From Emiliania huxleyi CCMP1516 (Eukaryota): DNA of 57,154 nt. Positions 43,917-54,518 of the stretch are shown here, piece by piece (the first letter of the stretch is position 1; the number at the start of each line of letters is the position of its first letter). The position numbers and the translations under genes were made by a program. Below the pieces are notes generated by a model, which saw nothing but the letters and a program-made list of their open reading frames with translations, made no database searches and was not told the origin of the DNA. Location: NCBI RefSeq assembly GCF_000372725.1, contig NW_005202428.1, forward strand, positions 648,679-705,832, given 5' to 3'.

Positions 43917-45766
43917 CTAAACGGCGCTAGGAGAATAAACGCTCGCCTCTGACAGTTGGACGACCTTGGGAGCTGACTTGGTGTCTGACGGCACTCTGCT
44001 CGCCGCCGCAAGGCTCCTCTCCTGCACCGCCTGCAAGCCATCAAACTGCCGGTTCAGCCTGCGCACCTCCGCCATCACCGCCATCAGCATCTCCCCGTCG
44101 GTTTTCTGCCGCCATCCACTCGAATCCGGGTCGGCGGCTGACGCGTCGGACAGGGCTGGTTCTGCTGGCGCTTCACTTTTCGCCGCCAGCCGCTGCCGCA
44201 GTAGTCGTTGCACACACGCTCCGACCAGAGCGGCGCCACAAAAGCAAAAAAATATGTAGAAGAGGCTTGAGATCCTGTCCCACGAGATTGGTGTGGTGTC
44301 CTCACTGCCCTCGTCGTTGTTGCATTTCTCGCCGGAGTAGAACAAGCGCTTGCGAAGCGAAGCCTGCGAGACCACGACATTACAGGTTACAAGTGCGGTG
44401 ATGCGAAGGGCGACGGTTCGAGCGGCGGCACGCACGTATTTTTTCGAGGCCACAAGACGGTCGAGCGCGTGACTCACGCGCCATGCGTACCATTCGTTGC
44501 TGAAGCGGAACTCGAACGGGACGGCAGTAGGCACAACTTGCAGCCATTCGGTGTGTGCAAACCCTTTGCAATCCGCCGTCGAGTGAAATAGATTTTGATC
44601 TGTTCAACATCCGCGACAAAGATGTCGGCGTCCCCGCTGGACACCTGATCCACACAGTACCGAGTACGGTCCTGGCGACGGTAATTAGAATCGAAGTAAG
44701 TGTCCTCTAGCGTCCCCAAGTGGGTTGGCCAGATGACCCGCCGAGCGTAGGGCTGCACCGTCTGCTGCATCACGTCATCCTGCACACACGCGACAGACTC
44801 CTCGAGCGCGGACATGTCCTCGGGCCCGTGAAGTTTGAACGACGGCCTTGTGAAAAAAGCCGCCAGATTGGCGGTGTAAGTCGAGGTGAGCACGAGTACG
44901 ACAAAGATGGTGCCGAACCGCAGCACCTTCATCGGTGCCGTCGTGTAGCCCTCATAAGTCTCGCCGTCGAAGAAGTTGACCAGCCCGTGGTACACAAACG
45001 TGGTACCCTCTGCCATGCAGCGCTTTACGAGCTCGCGAGGCGACGTGCCTCTCTCGATGGCGTCGACTGCGAAGACCGTCACGCCCCACACTATAGCGCA
45101 CATGAACCACGCAATCCACACGCCGTTTTCCAACGGGTCCATGAACGGCAGCGCCCCCCCGCCCGCTTTGGTGCGCTTGACCATCCCCGTGAGATGAGTA
45201 TGAATAAATGGGGCTGAAAGCACCCTGAGATCATCTCCCAAGGATGGATGGCTGAGATTAAGAACGTTCGACGTTGACACGTAGGGTGTTGCCAGCGAGG
45301 GCGTCAAGTAGGCAGAGCCAGTGATGACGCCAAGATCGATCCATTGCTTTGCAAAGAGGTCGAATTCGTAGATGTACGAGTCGTTGTAGGCCAGGATGTC
45401 GAACGAGATGCCAGGATCGAAGATCATCACCTCACGAAGCACGTCCACCACGAAGCCACCAAACGGCAGATTCTGCTGTCCACCCTCCGGCAGCAACGAG
45501 AATGAATCGTACGGCTTTGTGCCCATTGACGGATCAAACGTGTAAAGATCATTGACGGGCAGCATCGACAGCCCCAGTGTCAACATCCGCACCTCGGGGG
45601 AGGTCGACTGCGCTACCTCCGGCTCATAGTACTCGTTCACCTCCGAGGTGTTTGACGGCTGCCCCATCAACTGCGCTGCCTCCGAAGCATTCACCTCCGA
45701 GGCAGTCGACGGCTGCTGCCGCATGAGCAGCAGTAGCCACAGCTTGGTACGCGCAGAGCGCGACAT
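43917..45766 (-). CDS. Ionotropic glutamate receptor-like ligand-gated channel lacking an ATD (contains an apparent frameshift)
   Basis: Signal peptide, GFVVDVL (S1), PFMDPLENGVW (M1), LTSTYTANLAAFFT (SYTANLAAF gate motif) and M4 ISSLFYIFF. Frame change near 44580 and a probable intron at ~44364-44436. Confidence 0.8.
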
Positions 45767-46669
45767 GGATTTCGTCGCCTGCGAGTTACGTCGCCTGCGA
45801 GTTCGTCTCTGGCGTGCTGCCTGTCGTCCGTCCTCGCCGCTCTGTCTTCTTCTTGGTGAGAGTGATCTGTGATCTGGTGAGAGTGATTAAATTCTTCTTG
45901 TAGTGCCGGTGCCGTACCCGGTGTCGTGCGAGAGAGTTTTGTTGTAACATTCTTCTTCTTCTGATGCGTCAAATTCTTCTTCGAGGGTGCAGCTTGACAC
46001 CCTTGTGTTGAGCACCGGTGACTGTGGGAATGGGGGAAGCAGAGTTCAGTCGAGGGAGTGATGATCTCCCTCACATCCTCAACGGGCGTCCAATTGCAAT
46101 CGGATTTACTACGGCGGTGGTTCAAGGTAATTAATCTGCAATTGGACGTGCCCGTCCATTCATTGTTCTCGCCGTTCTTCGGCGGGGGGCCGCGTCAGGG
46201 CGGGGGCGCAGGCGCGTGCCCCGCCCGGCGCGCAGGCGCCAAGTGCGGTGCGGAGTGTGCGTGTATTTGACTGCAAATTCAACTCGCTCAAAATAAGAAA
46301 GACTTGTATACAGCGCTCCAAGAGCTGCTAATTCCGAACGCCGACCGACGACTGCTTCGCGGCATCCAGCAGGACGTTTGCTAGCAGGAGCGCACCTCCT
46401 CAGTGACCTCCTTCAAATTTGCTCGTCTCAGTTTCCACGCCACGTATCACCAATCACGACAGCCAACCACCAAAAGACTGCCCTACGACGCCCCGCACCA
46501 TGCTGCACGCTAGACACCCATCCCGCCCTTCGTCACGGCCTGTGTGTGGTAAGCTGCTCCACACGATACGCTCCTGAGGTACATTGACACACAGGAGGCG
46601 CGATCGGACCCCTCGCATCGCATTTCGCCCTCTGCTCGATTCTCCGTGCCCGCTACACATTCCCCATAG

Positions 46670-47173
46670 GTGCCGCCAGCAGAGATCAACGCTCTGAAGC
46701 AGCAGGAGATCTGGTTGTCCAAGGCGTCACGAATGGGGCAGTCCGATTTCGTACGCCAGGTGGCAGGTGCGCGCGGGGTGCACTAGTCTTACCTCGCGGG
46801 GTACCGACCCAGCAGCCCCCCACTTCTGCCCTCAGCGGCTCAGGTTGGCGGCCGGCGTTTGCCACAACTGGGATCCGTGCACACCACTCCGGCCTTGGAG
46901 GGGGCAGAGGCGCGGCAGGTGCGCAACTTTGAGAGGCCGATCACCAAGGAGAGGTGGGTGACGACGGAGCCATTCTACCTGTCTGTCCCATCGGACAAGG
47001 TTGTGCCGACCACAGGGCAGTGGGTCAAGGTCAAGTCGAAGCTGCAAGCGGCGGCCAAGCTCGCCGCCAGCTCCACCGCGCTCAAGAGCCGAGTAGACGC
47101 CGACTCTCGCCTGGCAGCAACCGCGCTCTTTGGCGCTTTGCCATCGCCACCACCTCGAGTCCTTGCGGACTGA
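46670..47173 (+). CDS. Possible terminal exons of an unidentified gene or gene fragment
   Basis: Coding-like ORF (RQVRNFERPITKERWVTTEPFYLSVP...) with plausible splice sites. No recognised domain. Confidence 0.3.
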
Positions 47174-47324
47174 GAATCGTGTATCCCTGTGTGTTTTACC
47201 TAAGACGATGTTGGGCTCAAAGAGGCGGTGTTGGGCTCAACGCGGCGGTGTGCGTGGCACTAGCAGGACCAGGAGGATTAGCGGTGAAGGGCCATAATTA
47301 GATTCTTAAATTCTTTTCTTCGCG

Positions 47325-48400
47325 ATGTCCACCCCGCCGCGCCGCCGCTCGCTCCGCCTCGCCCCCGCCGCCACCGCCGCTCCCTCGCCAGACGCGCCGC
47401 CGCCCGCCCGGCTCCTCGACCTCCCCAGGGAGCTCCTCGAGCGCGTGCTCTCCCGCTTCGACAGCCCCGTCGCATCGCTCGCGTCGCGGCCGTCTCGCTC
47501 CTCTTTCACTCGCTCGCGGAGCAGGGCATCCGCTTGTGGGCGCAAGAGCGCGGCTTCGAGCTGCCGGCGCCGCCAGCGGGCGAGGGCTGCGCCGTGTGGT
47601 GGCTGTGATTCGCCGCGTTGCTGCACGAGTCCAACCGGCCGGCGAGGGTGTCAGCAGGCGAACAGCATAGCGTCTTCATCGACGGCGAGGGGCGGCTGTC
47701 GTCGTGCGGCACGGCAACGGACGAGGAGGAGGACGAGGACGAGGACGAGCAGTTTTCAGGCCTTCTCGGTCACGGCGAGGGCGTGACGCAGCTCAACACG
47801 GCGACCCGCCTCCCGTCAACGCTGGGTGACGAGCGCGCCGTGAGCGTGTCAGCTGGAGCCGTGCACAGTCTCGCCATCACCGCCGACGGCGCTGTCTGGA
47901 GCTGGGGCGTTGGAGGCCAAGGCCGGCTGGGCCACGGCGACGCGCAGGACCAGTTGCAGCCCAAGAAGATCGAAGCTTTCGCTGGCCAGCGCGTCGTCGC
48001 TGTGTCGGCTGGAAGGGCTCACAGCCTCGCCGTCACCGCCGACGGCAGCGTCTGGAGCTGGGGCCATGGAGCCTTTGGCCAGCTGGGCCACGGCGACGAT
48101 CAGAACCAGCTGCTGCCCAAGAAGGTCGAGGCCTTTGCTGGCCAGCGTGTCATCGCTGTGTCGGCTGGATTTGCCCACAGCCTCGTCCTCACCGCCGATG
48201 GCTCCGCCTGGAGCTGGGGCGATGGAGGCTTGGGCAAGCTGGGCCACGGCGACCAGCAGGACCGGCTGCTGCCGAAGAAGGTCGAGGCCTTTGCTGGGCA
48301 GCACGTCGTCGCCGTGTCGGCTGGACGCGACCACAGCTTCGCCCTCACCGCCGACGGCGCCTTCCTTACCTGGGGCCAGGGCGATGCCGGCTGCCTTGGC
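47325..48400 (+). pseudogene. F-box-like + RCC1-repeat gene, disrupted and 3'-truncated
   Basis: LLDLPRELLERVLSRF (F-box-like), a frameshift near 47480, an in-frame TGA at 47606, and 52-aa/156-bp RCC1 units (SAGxxHSLxxTADGxVWSWGxGxxGxLGHGD) that end abruptly at ~48400. Confidence 0.75.
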
Positions 48401-48874
48401 AAAGCCTGCCCACGGCCAGCACGCTCAGACACGTCTGCTGCACGCCGCGCACGCTGGTCTGCACGTCATCAGCATAGAGCTGCGGGTTCCTGCGCCGATC
48501 GTTCCAGCGCAACTTTTGCTCGCAGCCCGTCGTCAATCGCCTCGATAATCGCCAGGTCTGCCATCCGACCGCCAGGACAGAAGCGGCCACTGGGTGATGC
48601 GGTGGGCTAACCCCAAAGCCGGTGCAGGAGAAGGAGCGTGGCTCGCGCTGCTTGACGACAGAGGCCGAAGGGCCTTGCTGCTCGTGTATCCATGGACCGG
48701 CTCGCCAGAGAACGAGGTGGGGAGGGAAGAGGACATCCTCGAGCGAAGCCTTCAAGTCCGTTGGGAATAGAGGACGTGCGGGCGTTGGCTCAGCCTCCAG
48801 CGCCTCGGCGCGTTCCTCTGCTCTGCACATCCATGTGTGGAGCTCAGCATTGCGAGCGCTTCTCTCCTCTTCAC

Positions 48875-49090
48875 GACGAAGAGCATACGCCCGAGCTGCA
48901 GTGCCCGCTCTCCTTCGAGGTCATGACAGACCCGGTGATGAACGCGGCTGGCCAAACCTACGAGCGGGCGGCCATCGAGAAGTGGTTCGCGAGGGGCAAG
49001 CGCACCGACCCGATGAGCGGCGCGGTGCTAGAGCACACCGACACGCGCCTAGTGCCGAACGTGCTCGTGCGCGGAATGTGCCGCCGCGAC
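48875..49090 (+). pseudogene. U-box domain coding segment (fragment)
   Basis: PELQCPLSFEVMTDPVMNAAGQTYERAAIEKWFARGKRTDPMSG...LVPNVLVR is a canonical U-box. No clear upstream gene body. Confidence 0.7.
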
Positions 49091-49379
49091 GATGTCGTGC
49101 GAAGAAAAGGAATTCGAGTCACCTCCGGAATAGAAACCGATGCGAGACCGCCGGGGGCCGCTAAGTGGGCACCCTCTCTTGACGTATACGTAACAACTCG
49201 TGATTTTGGTTTTTGCCGCGCGCCGCGGCCCGCGCGATACAAGTTACAACTCAGACCTACGGCTCTACACACTCTAAAAGGTAAGCACAGATACAGTCGG
49301 TCGACGGGCGAGGACCCGAGGCTCGCACCCAGCACACGCGACAGGCGACACGGGGGCGCGGGTCGTGTGTCTCACACAC

Positions 49380-50051
49380 TCACCTGCCCCAGGTGGCACA
49401 CCGCTCCGCCGAGAGCACGAAAGCAGGCGGCACCTGAGGCACCTTCGGGAGCTTCTCGAGTCCGAGCTGCCTGATGCTCGACAGCACCACCTTGAGCTTT
49501 GGCGCGTGCTCCGCGATGGTGTCGCCCGAGTACGGGGTCAGAGGGGTCAGCCATTTGCCCTCGCACATCTCGAACACGCCGCAAGCGTAAAAGTCCACGT
49601 ACGTCGGCTCCGCGCCGAAGTAGTACGGGCCTTTGATGCTCCGATTGATGGCGCACAAGATTTTGAGGTAGCGTCCTCCCGTGATGAGCTCCTTGAGCTC
49701 AGCCACATCGTCGGCAGCGGAGCCCGAGGGGTTTGCCGCTCGGTTCAGCTCGGTGTGCAGATCGTTTAGGTCTTCCATGTACTGAATCGCGACCTCAGGA
49801 ACGTCGATGCCGGCGTCGTAGCCCAGTTTGCGCCCAAGGTAGAGGTGGCATGGCACGCTCTGCGAGATCGTGAGTTCACCGTCAACCAGGATAGGCGGCG
49901 CGAGGTTGGTGGTCTCGGCGCCGAAGAGGGCGCAGCCGAACTGGTTCATGTCGTTGATGACTTCAAAATCTTGGCCTTTCTCGGCCATCATGCGGTACAG
50001 GCCAGAGCCGCGGGCCAAGATGGGCCAGTACTTGATCGTGATCTTCGTCAT
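49380..50051 (-). CDS. Glutathione S-transferase
   Basis: IKYWPILARG, APPILVDGELTISQSVP and YYFGAEPTYVDF. The exact C-terminus may be spliced differently. Confidence 0.85.
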   Translation of the reverse strand: MTKITIKYWPILARGSGLYRMMAEKGQDFEVINDMNQFGCALFGAETTNLAPPILVDGELTISQSVPCHLYLGRKLGYDAGIDVPEVAIQYMEDLNDLHTELNRAANPSGSAADDVAELKELITGGRYLKILCAINRSIKGPYYFGAEPTYVDFYACGVFEMCEGKWLTPLTPYSGDTIAEHAPKLKVVLSSIRQLGLEKLPKVPQVPPAFVLSAERCATWGR

Positions 50052-50191
50052 CGTCGCAAGACTCGGATTCTCGGCAACACGGCAGCTGCCCGCCTAAGCA
50101 AAACCTAGCAAAAAAATCCCTTCGCTTTCTTGTTTTCTTCGGTCGTTGTCGTTGGTTGTCGTCGCCGTCGCCCTAGTCTAGCTTCAGGACG

Positions 50192-50980
50192 ATGCTCTTG
50201 GTCCTGCTGCAAGCCGATCCCAGCCTCGCGCCGTTTCCCGTGTCCCTCCGCCCATCGCGGCCGCCGCCCGCCCGCTTCGCCGTCCCGTGCCTCTCCGACC
50301 GTGACTCGCTTCTTGCCAGAAAGCCGCCGGAGATTGTGTACGCCGCCAACGCCGCCACCAAGTGGCTGGTAGTCGCCGCTCAGACCTCTGCCGTCGCGCT
50401 GCGCCGCGACCTGGTCAGCCCGTACATCGTCGTCGGCGCGATCGGCGCCTCGTTTGCGACGCAGCGGCTCAAGCGCGCCATCAACCAGGCACGGCCCGCC
50501 GGCGCCCCATTCACAGACCCAGGCATGCCATCCTCGCACGCGCTCGTCGCCAGCTTCGCGGCCGCGGCGTGGGCCTCCCACCTCCGCTCGGCGGGCGCGA
50601 CCGCCGTGCTCGCCGCCGCCGCCGCCGCCACCTCGCTGCTTCGGGTCGTGACTGGCTACCACACGTGGGCGCAGATCCTGGTCGGAGGCGTGCTCGGCAG
50701 CGCGGCCGGCGGCGGGTGGCTGGCGCTGGGTGGCTGGCTGAGGGGCCGCCTCCCGGCTCGATTGCTGGCGGTGGCGGTGTGGTCTGCGTATGCCGGCGGC
50801 TCGGCGCGTGTAGAGTCCGCCGTTGGCCGAGCGCCAGGTTGCGAGGACTGCCCTTTACAGCGGGCCTCTTGCGAGTAGGCGCTCTTCATCGGGGTGAAGA
50901 TGGCGCGCTGGGTGGGCGGAGACCTCGACGAGGGTAGGATGGAGGAGGAGGGGCCGCCGGGCAGCGCGCGAGACGACTGA
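50192..50980 (+). CDS. PAP2-family lipid phosphate phosphatase (LPP-epsilon/dolichyl-PP phosphatase-like), probable plastid-targeting presequence
   Basis: KRAINQARP, GMPSSHA and LRVVTGYHTWAQILVG are the three PAP2 motifs. A GC-AG intron at ~50805-50878 gives the C-terminus ALFIGVKMARW...ARDD*. Confidence 0.85.
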
Positions 50981-51009
50981 TATATACAACAGTCTGCATG
51001 CCATTGGAG

Positions 51010-51527
51010 TAGGGTTGCCCCTAACCCCTAGGCTTAAAAGGGTGGGCCCTGGGGCGCCTGCGGCTTAAACGGCTTAAAACTTGCCCGGGCAAGTTTTAAG
51101 AGCTGCTGGGCCGCCAATTCCTTAAACGGTCTTAAACGCTTAAACGCGGTGCGGGAGAGCTCCCGAGCCCCCGAGTGGCCCGAGCGCCCGAGGTCGATGC
51201 GGGTCCGACGCGGGAGGCTCCCGGTCGAGACGCCGTAGGCCGGGAAGCTGGCTACAGTCAGCTAGCACGCGTCCCCTATGCGAGTATGGCTCCTGCCAGT
51301 GCATCAGACTTACAGATGTGTCTTCAGAGGCGGGTTTGTGCCTAATAACGGCAGTATTGTGGAGAAAACGGCGCGGAACCCAGCGACGCATGCCGGCGAG
51401 GCCGATTTTCTTAAACGGTCTTAAAAGAGGGACCCCCCGTGCCTGCAATCTCTTAAATGGCAAGTTAAGCCCCCAAACCTCCTCGTTTCTTAAAAGGTCT
51501 TAAAAAAATCCGGCCCTCAGAACCCTA
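51010..51527. mobile_element. Putative non-autonomous DNA transposon (TAGGGTT...AACCCTA termini, subterminal CTTAAA arrays)
   Basis: 7-bp terminal inverted repeat, about eleven CTTAAA motifs clustered at both ends, and a 28-bp palindrome at 51073-51100. No target-site duplication seen. Confidence 0.5.
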
Positions 51528-53546
51528 GCGCCTAGGGGTCCCCTAAGTTCGTTGTGTTCTCCCCGACCGCCAGCCCGAGACGCTCAGTTGCTGGCGGCCG
51601 CAGCGCTTTCTGTGACCCGCCCACCTCTCCCTTGTGTTTTGTCTGGGGAGGGAGGGGTTTCTCCTGCCGAGTCGTGCATGCGCGGGGCTCCTCTTTGCGA
51701 ATACTCCCTAACATACATTCTAGGGTACCCAGGCTCCGGGCCGGTGTGCGGGGAGCGAACCTTAACGACCGCCCAGAAGCTTTCTGAGCGAACCAATCGG
51801 GCCGGGATCATCAGCATATGTCCCCTCCACAACATCGTGGGCGTTTGAGCCGTATTTGAGGAGCACCGCGACTCTGAAGGTCTGCAGACCCCCCCCCCCG
51901 GAGCAGCAGAGGCTCCGTGGGGTCGCAGAGTCGACGCTGGGAGTCGCACTCGTCAAGCCATCGCAGCACCACGCGGTTCGCACGTACAGCCCACATCCCC
52001 TCCACCGCTGAGAAGGCGCAGATCGACCGCCGGGCCGCGTAGTCGTCGTTAAGGAGCGGTTTTTGGAGCCGTACGAAGAGGTCCCAGACGGGCGAACATG
52101 CGGTTTTTCGACGACCACACGCGATGTGGTATCTGCTTTTTGCTAAAAACAGGCCGCCTAGTGCAGCATCACTAGTACAACACGCAACCACACTGAGAGC
52201 TCCACACTAGCCGGTATAGGCGAGAACCGACGGCGTCACGGTCGCCGGAGTGGACGCACTGCACACACACTGTGACCGTGTCGACGGTGTGACACTGAGC
52301 GACACAATCGTCGGCGCCGCGCTGTCGCGGCGCCCCGCAGTCTACACGCCTCAGGCGCACCCCTGAACGCGCCATGGGCGCGCAGATACACCGCAGCGCC
52401 GTGGAGAATCCACACCTGGCCGGTCCCAAGCCCCGTCCTGGGCCTCCAGACGGCCGAAGATCGGCGTTCGGGCGGGATGAACTTGTCGGAAATGGAGCTT
52501 GGCGCGGCTCGCCGCTCGCGGTACCTGGTGAGCCGGGATAGGGCAAAATCTGGGGTGAATACGAGGGACAGAGGTCGCAAGTTAGTCGCGCAAGTTTGCG
52601 CGGCGTGTGGCGCTGCCCCGCTGCCGAGGGCGCCACCAACCCGTGGCGGCGGCATTTCCAGCCCAAATTGGGCGTTCCGTGCGCCTTGCCGGCGAGAACG
52701 GAGGGGCTGTGGATCGTTGGTGGGGTGAGTGGGAGGGAGGTGGTCGTGTGCTCACTTTGGCGGTCGCGCGCGAGGTGATCACTGTGTGTGAGGCGCGCGG
52801 CCGAGAGGCGAGGGTGGGCGCGCCGGCGGTCGATCCACCGAACAATTCGACGCGGCGCAGCTCCGCGCCGGCGAGTGCGACGAGCACATGATGTCGGCGG
52901 CGGTCACGCGACGAGGGAGAGCCGCAGGATCCCTCTGTGGAGCAGGCGCACGAAAGCGGCGATGAGCGGCGCCGCGAACAGCCACCTGTGGGCGGTCACC
53001 GGGGTGACGTCACGCCTCAGCGAGCTGGATCCGGGAAGGGCATGGGGTCACGCGGGCCCTGTCTGCAGCAGCAGTGCTAACTGAAACGACAAAATTCCGG
53101 ATGGACCGGAGAGTGTCTACTCTCTTTCGACGCACCGTGCTCGGGCCCAACGAAAAGCTGGCTGGTGGTCGCGCGCGGCGCGTCGGCGCCTCTCCAACTG
53201 GTTGGGCACCTCGGCTGGGTCCATCGGCACGAGGCCCGCCGCGTCGGGTAGCCCCGCGAGCGCATGGGCGGCCGGCGCGAGCGGAGGACGACGGGCCGAG
53301 ATCCGCAGCTTGTGCCAAAGGGGGGGGTGGAGCCTCGGTACCCTAGAACGATTCGTCGTACCCCCGTTCTACCACGTACCAGAGAACGAGTCGACCCCCC
53401 CCCCCCCGACCGCACTCAGATTAGTGATTACAGTCTTTACAGAAAAAAGGGAGAAGAGGAATGGGGGTAAGAGAAAAGGGTCCGGTTTAAGGAAAAAGGG
53501 CGCCGAAAAGGGCGAGCTCATCCGTTTCACCCTTCGACCCAGCTGA

Positions 53547-54101
53547 ATGATGAGCGGCGAGGCCGGAGAGGAGCTGGATACACCGGCCGCTCGCATCATG
53601 GCGCGTCGCGAGAGCCGTGCCGCGATGCCGGACCGGCTCAAGGTGGCGGCGCCGGACGACAGCTCGGATGAGGAGTGGAACGGAGACGACGACGAGGATG
53701 AGGAGGAGGACGGTCGCGTTTACTTGGACGCGTCGAAGTGTGGCCGCGTGCGCTTGCACGCGGTGCAAGGACCTGCGCAGTCGTCCTCCGGCCTGGGGGT
53801 GGACGACGAACGGCGCAAGAGCCTGGCCGACAAGGGCTGGGCACGCCGCACGGCGGTGGTGAACAGCGTGGGTGCCAGCGGTGCGGCGAGCTTCGAGTTG
53901 GTGCCGGGGCGCGAGCAGTTCGGCCCGGGCGACGATGCGGCAGCCGAGTGGGAGCGGCAGATGCTGCAGTTCACGGAGGACAACTTCGAGGACACAAAGA
54001 GGTCAAACTCTGAGGTCTCGGTTTACGATTTTTTCGCGCGCCCGTGCTTTGTTTTGGGTTTTCAGCGGCCAGAGCGCTGCGCGTGCATAGTTAGAGGTTA
54101 G
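53547..54101 (+). CDS. Hypothetical acidic protein or decayed gene fragment
   Basis: 184-codon ORF with coding-like composition. No recognised domain. Confidence 0.3.
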   Translation: MMSGEAGEELDTPAARIMARRESRAAMPDRLKVAAPDDSSDEEWNGDDDEDEEEDGRVYLDASKCGRVRLHAVQGPAQSSSGLGVDDERRKSLADKGWARRTAVVNSVGASGAASFELVPGREQFGPGDDAAAEWERQMLQFTEDNFEDTKRSNSEVSVYDFFARPCFVLGFQRPERCACIVRG

Positions 54102-54518
54102 GTTAGAGCTTTGGAGCACTTGGAGTGCAGTTATCAGCCGCACGCCTAAGGAAAGGAAAAGAGACGGGGTGCGAGAGGAAAACCTTATACAGCCTAAACA
54201 AGAATTCTGTCGCTCTCGAAGCCCGAGCAGTCGTCCAGGCATGAACAGGCATGAACAACAACAAGTTGCGTGTCGAAAAAGGTAATATATCTTTAAAAGA
54301 CCCATAACCATAACTTAATTAAGAGAGATATACGGCTTATATCTCAGTGTGTCAAAGCCTCTTAACCGCTGGATGGGAGCGAGATAGAGATTGTTTCATC
54401 GGGTGTGTATATCACGTTGGAAGGATGAGCTCCACAATTCTACCACAGGTCCACAGCCACACACAGCACAGACTGCAGCGGCGACAGCCGGACTAGACCA
54501 CACGGAGGAGCGCAGAGC

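Noticed and set aside
47606..47608. In-frame TGA as a possible selenocysteine codon
   Set aside because: It is accompanied by a nearby frameshift and 3' truncation, has no redox motif context, and no SECIS was recognised. Pseudogenisation is simpler.
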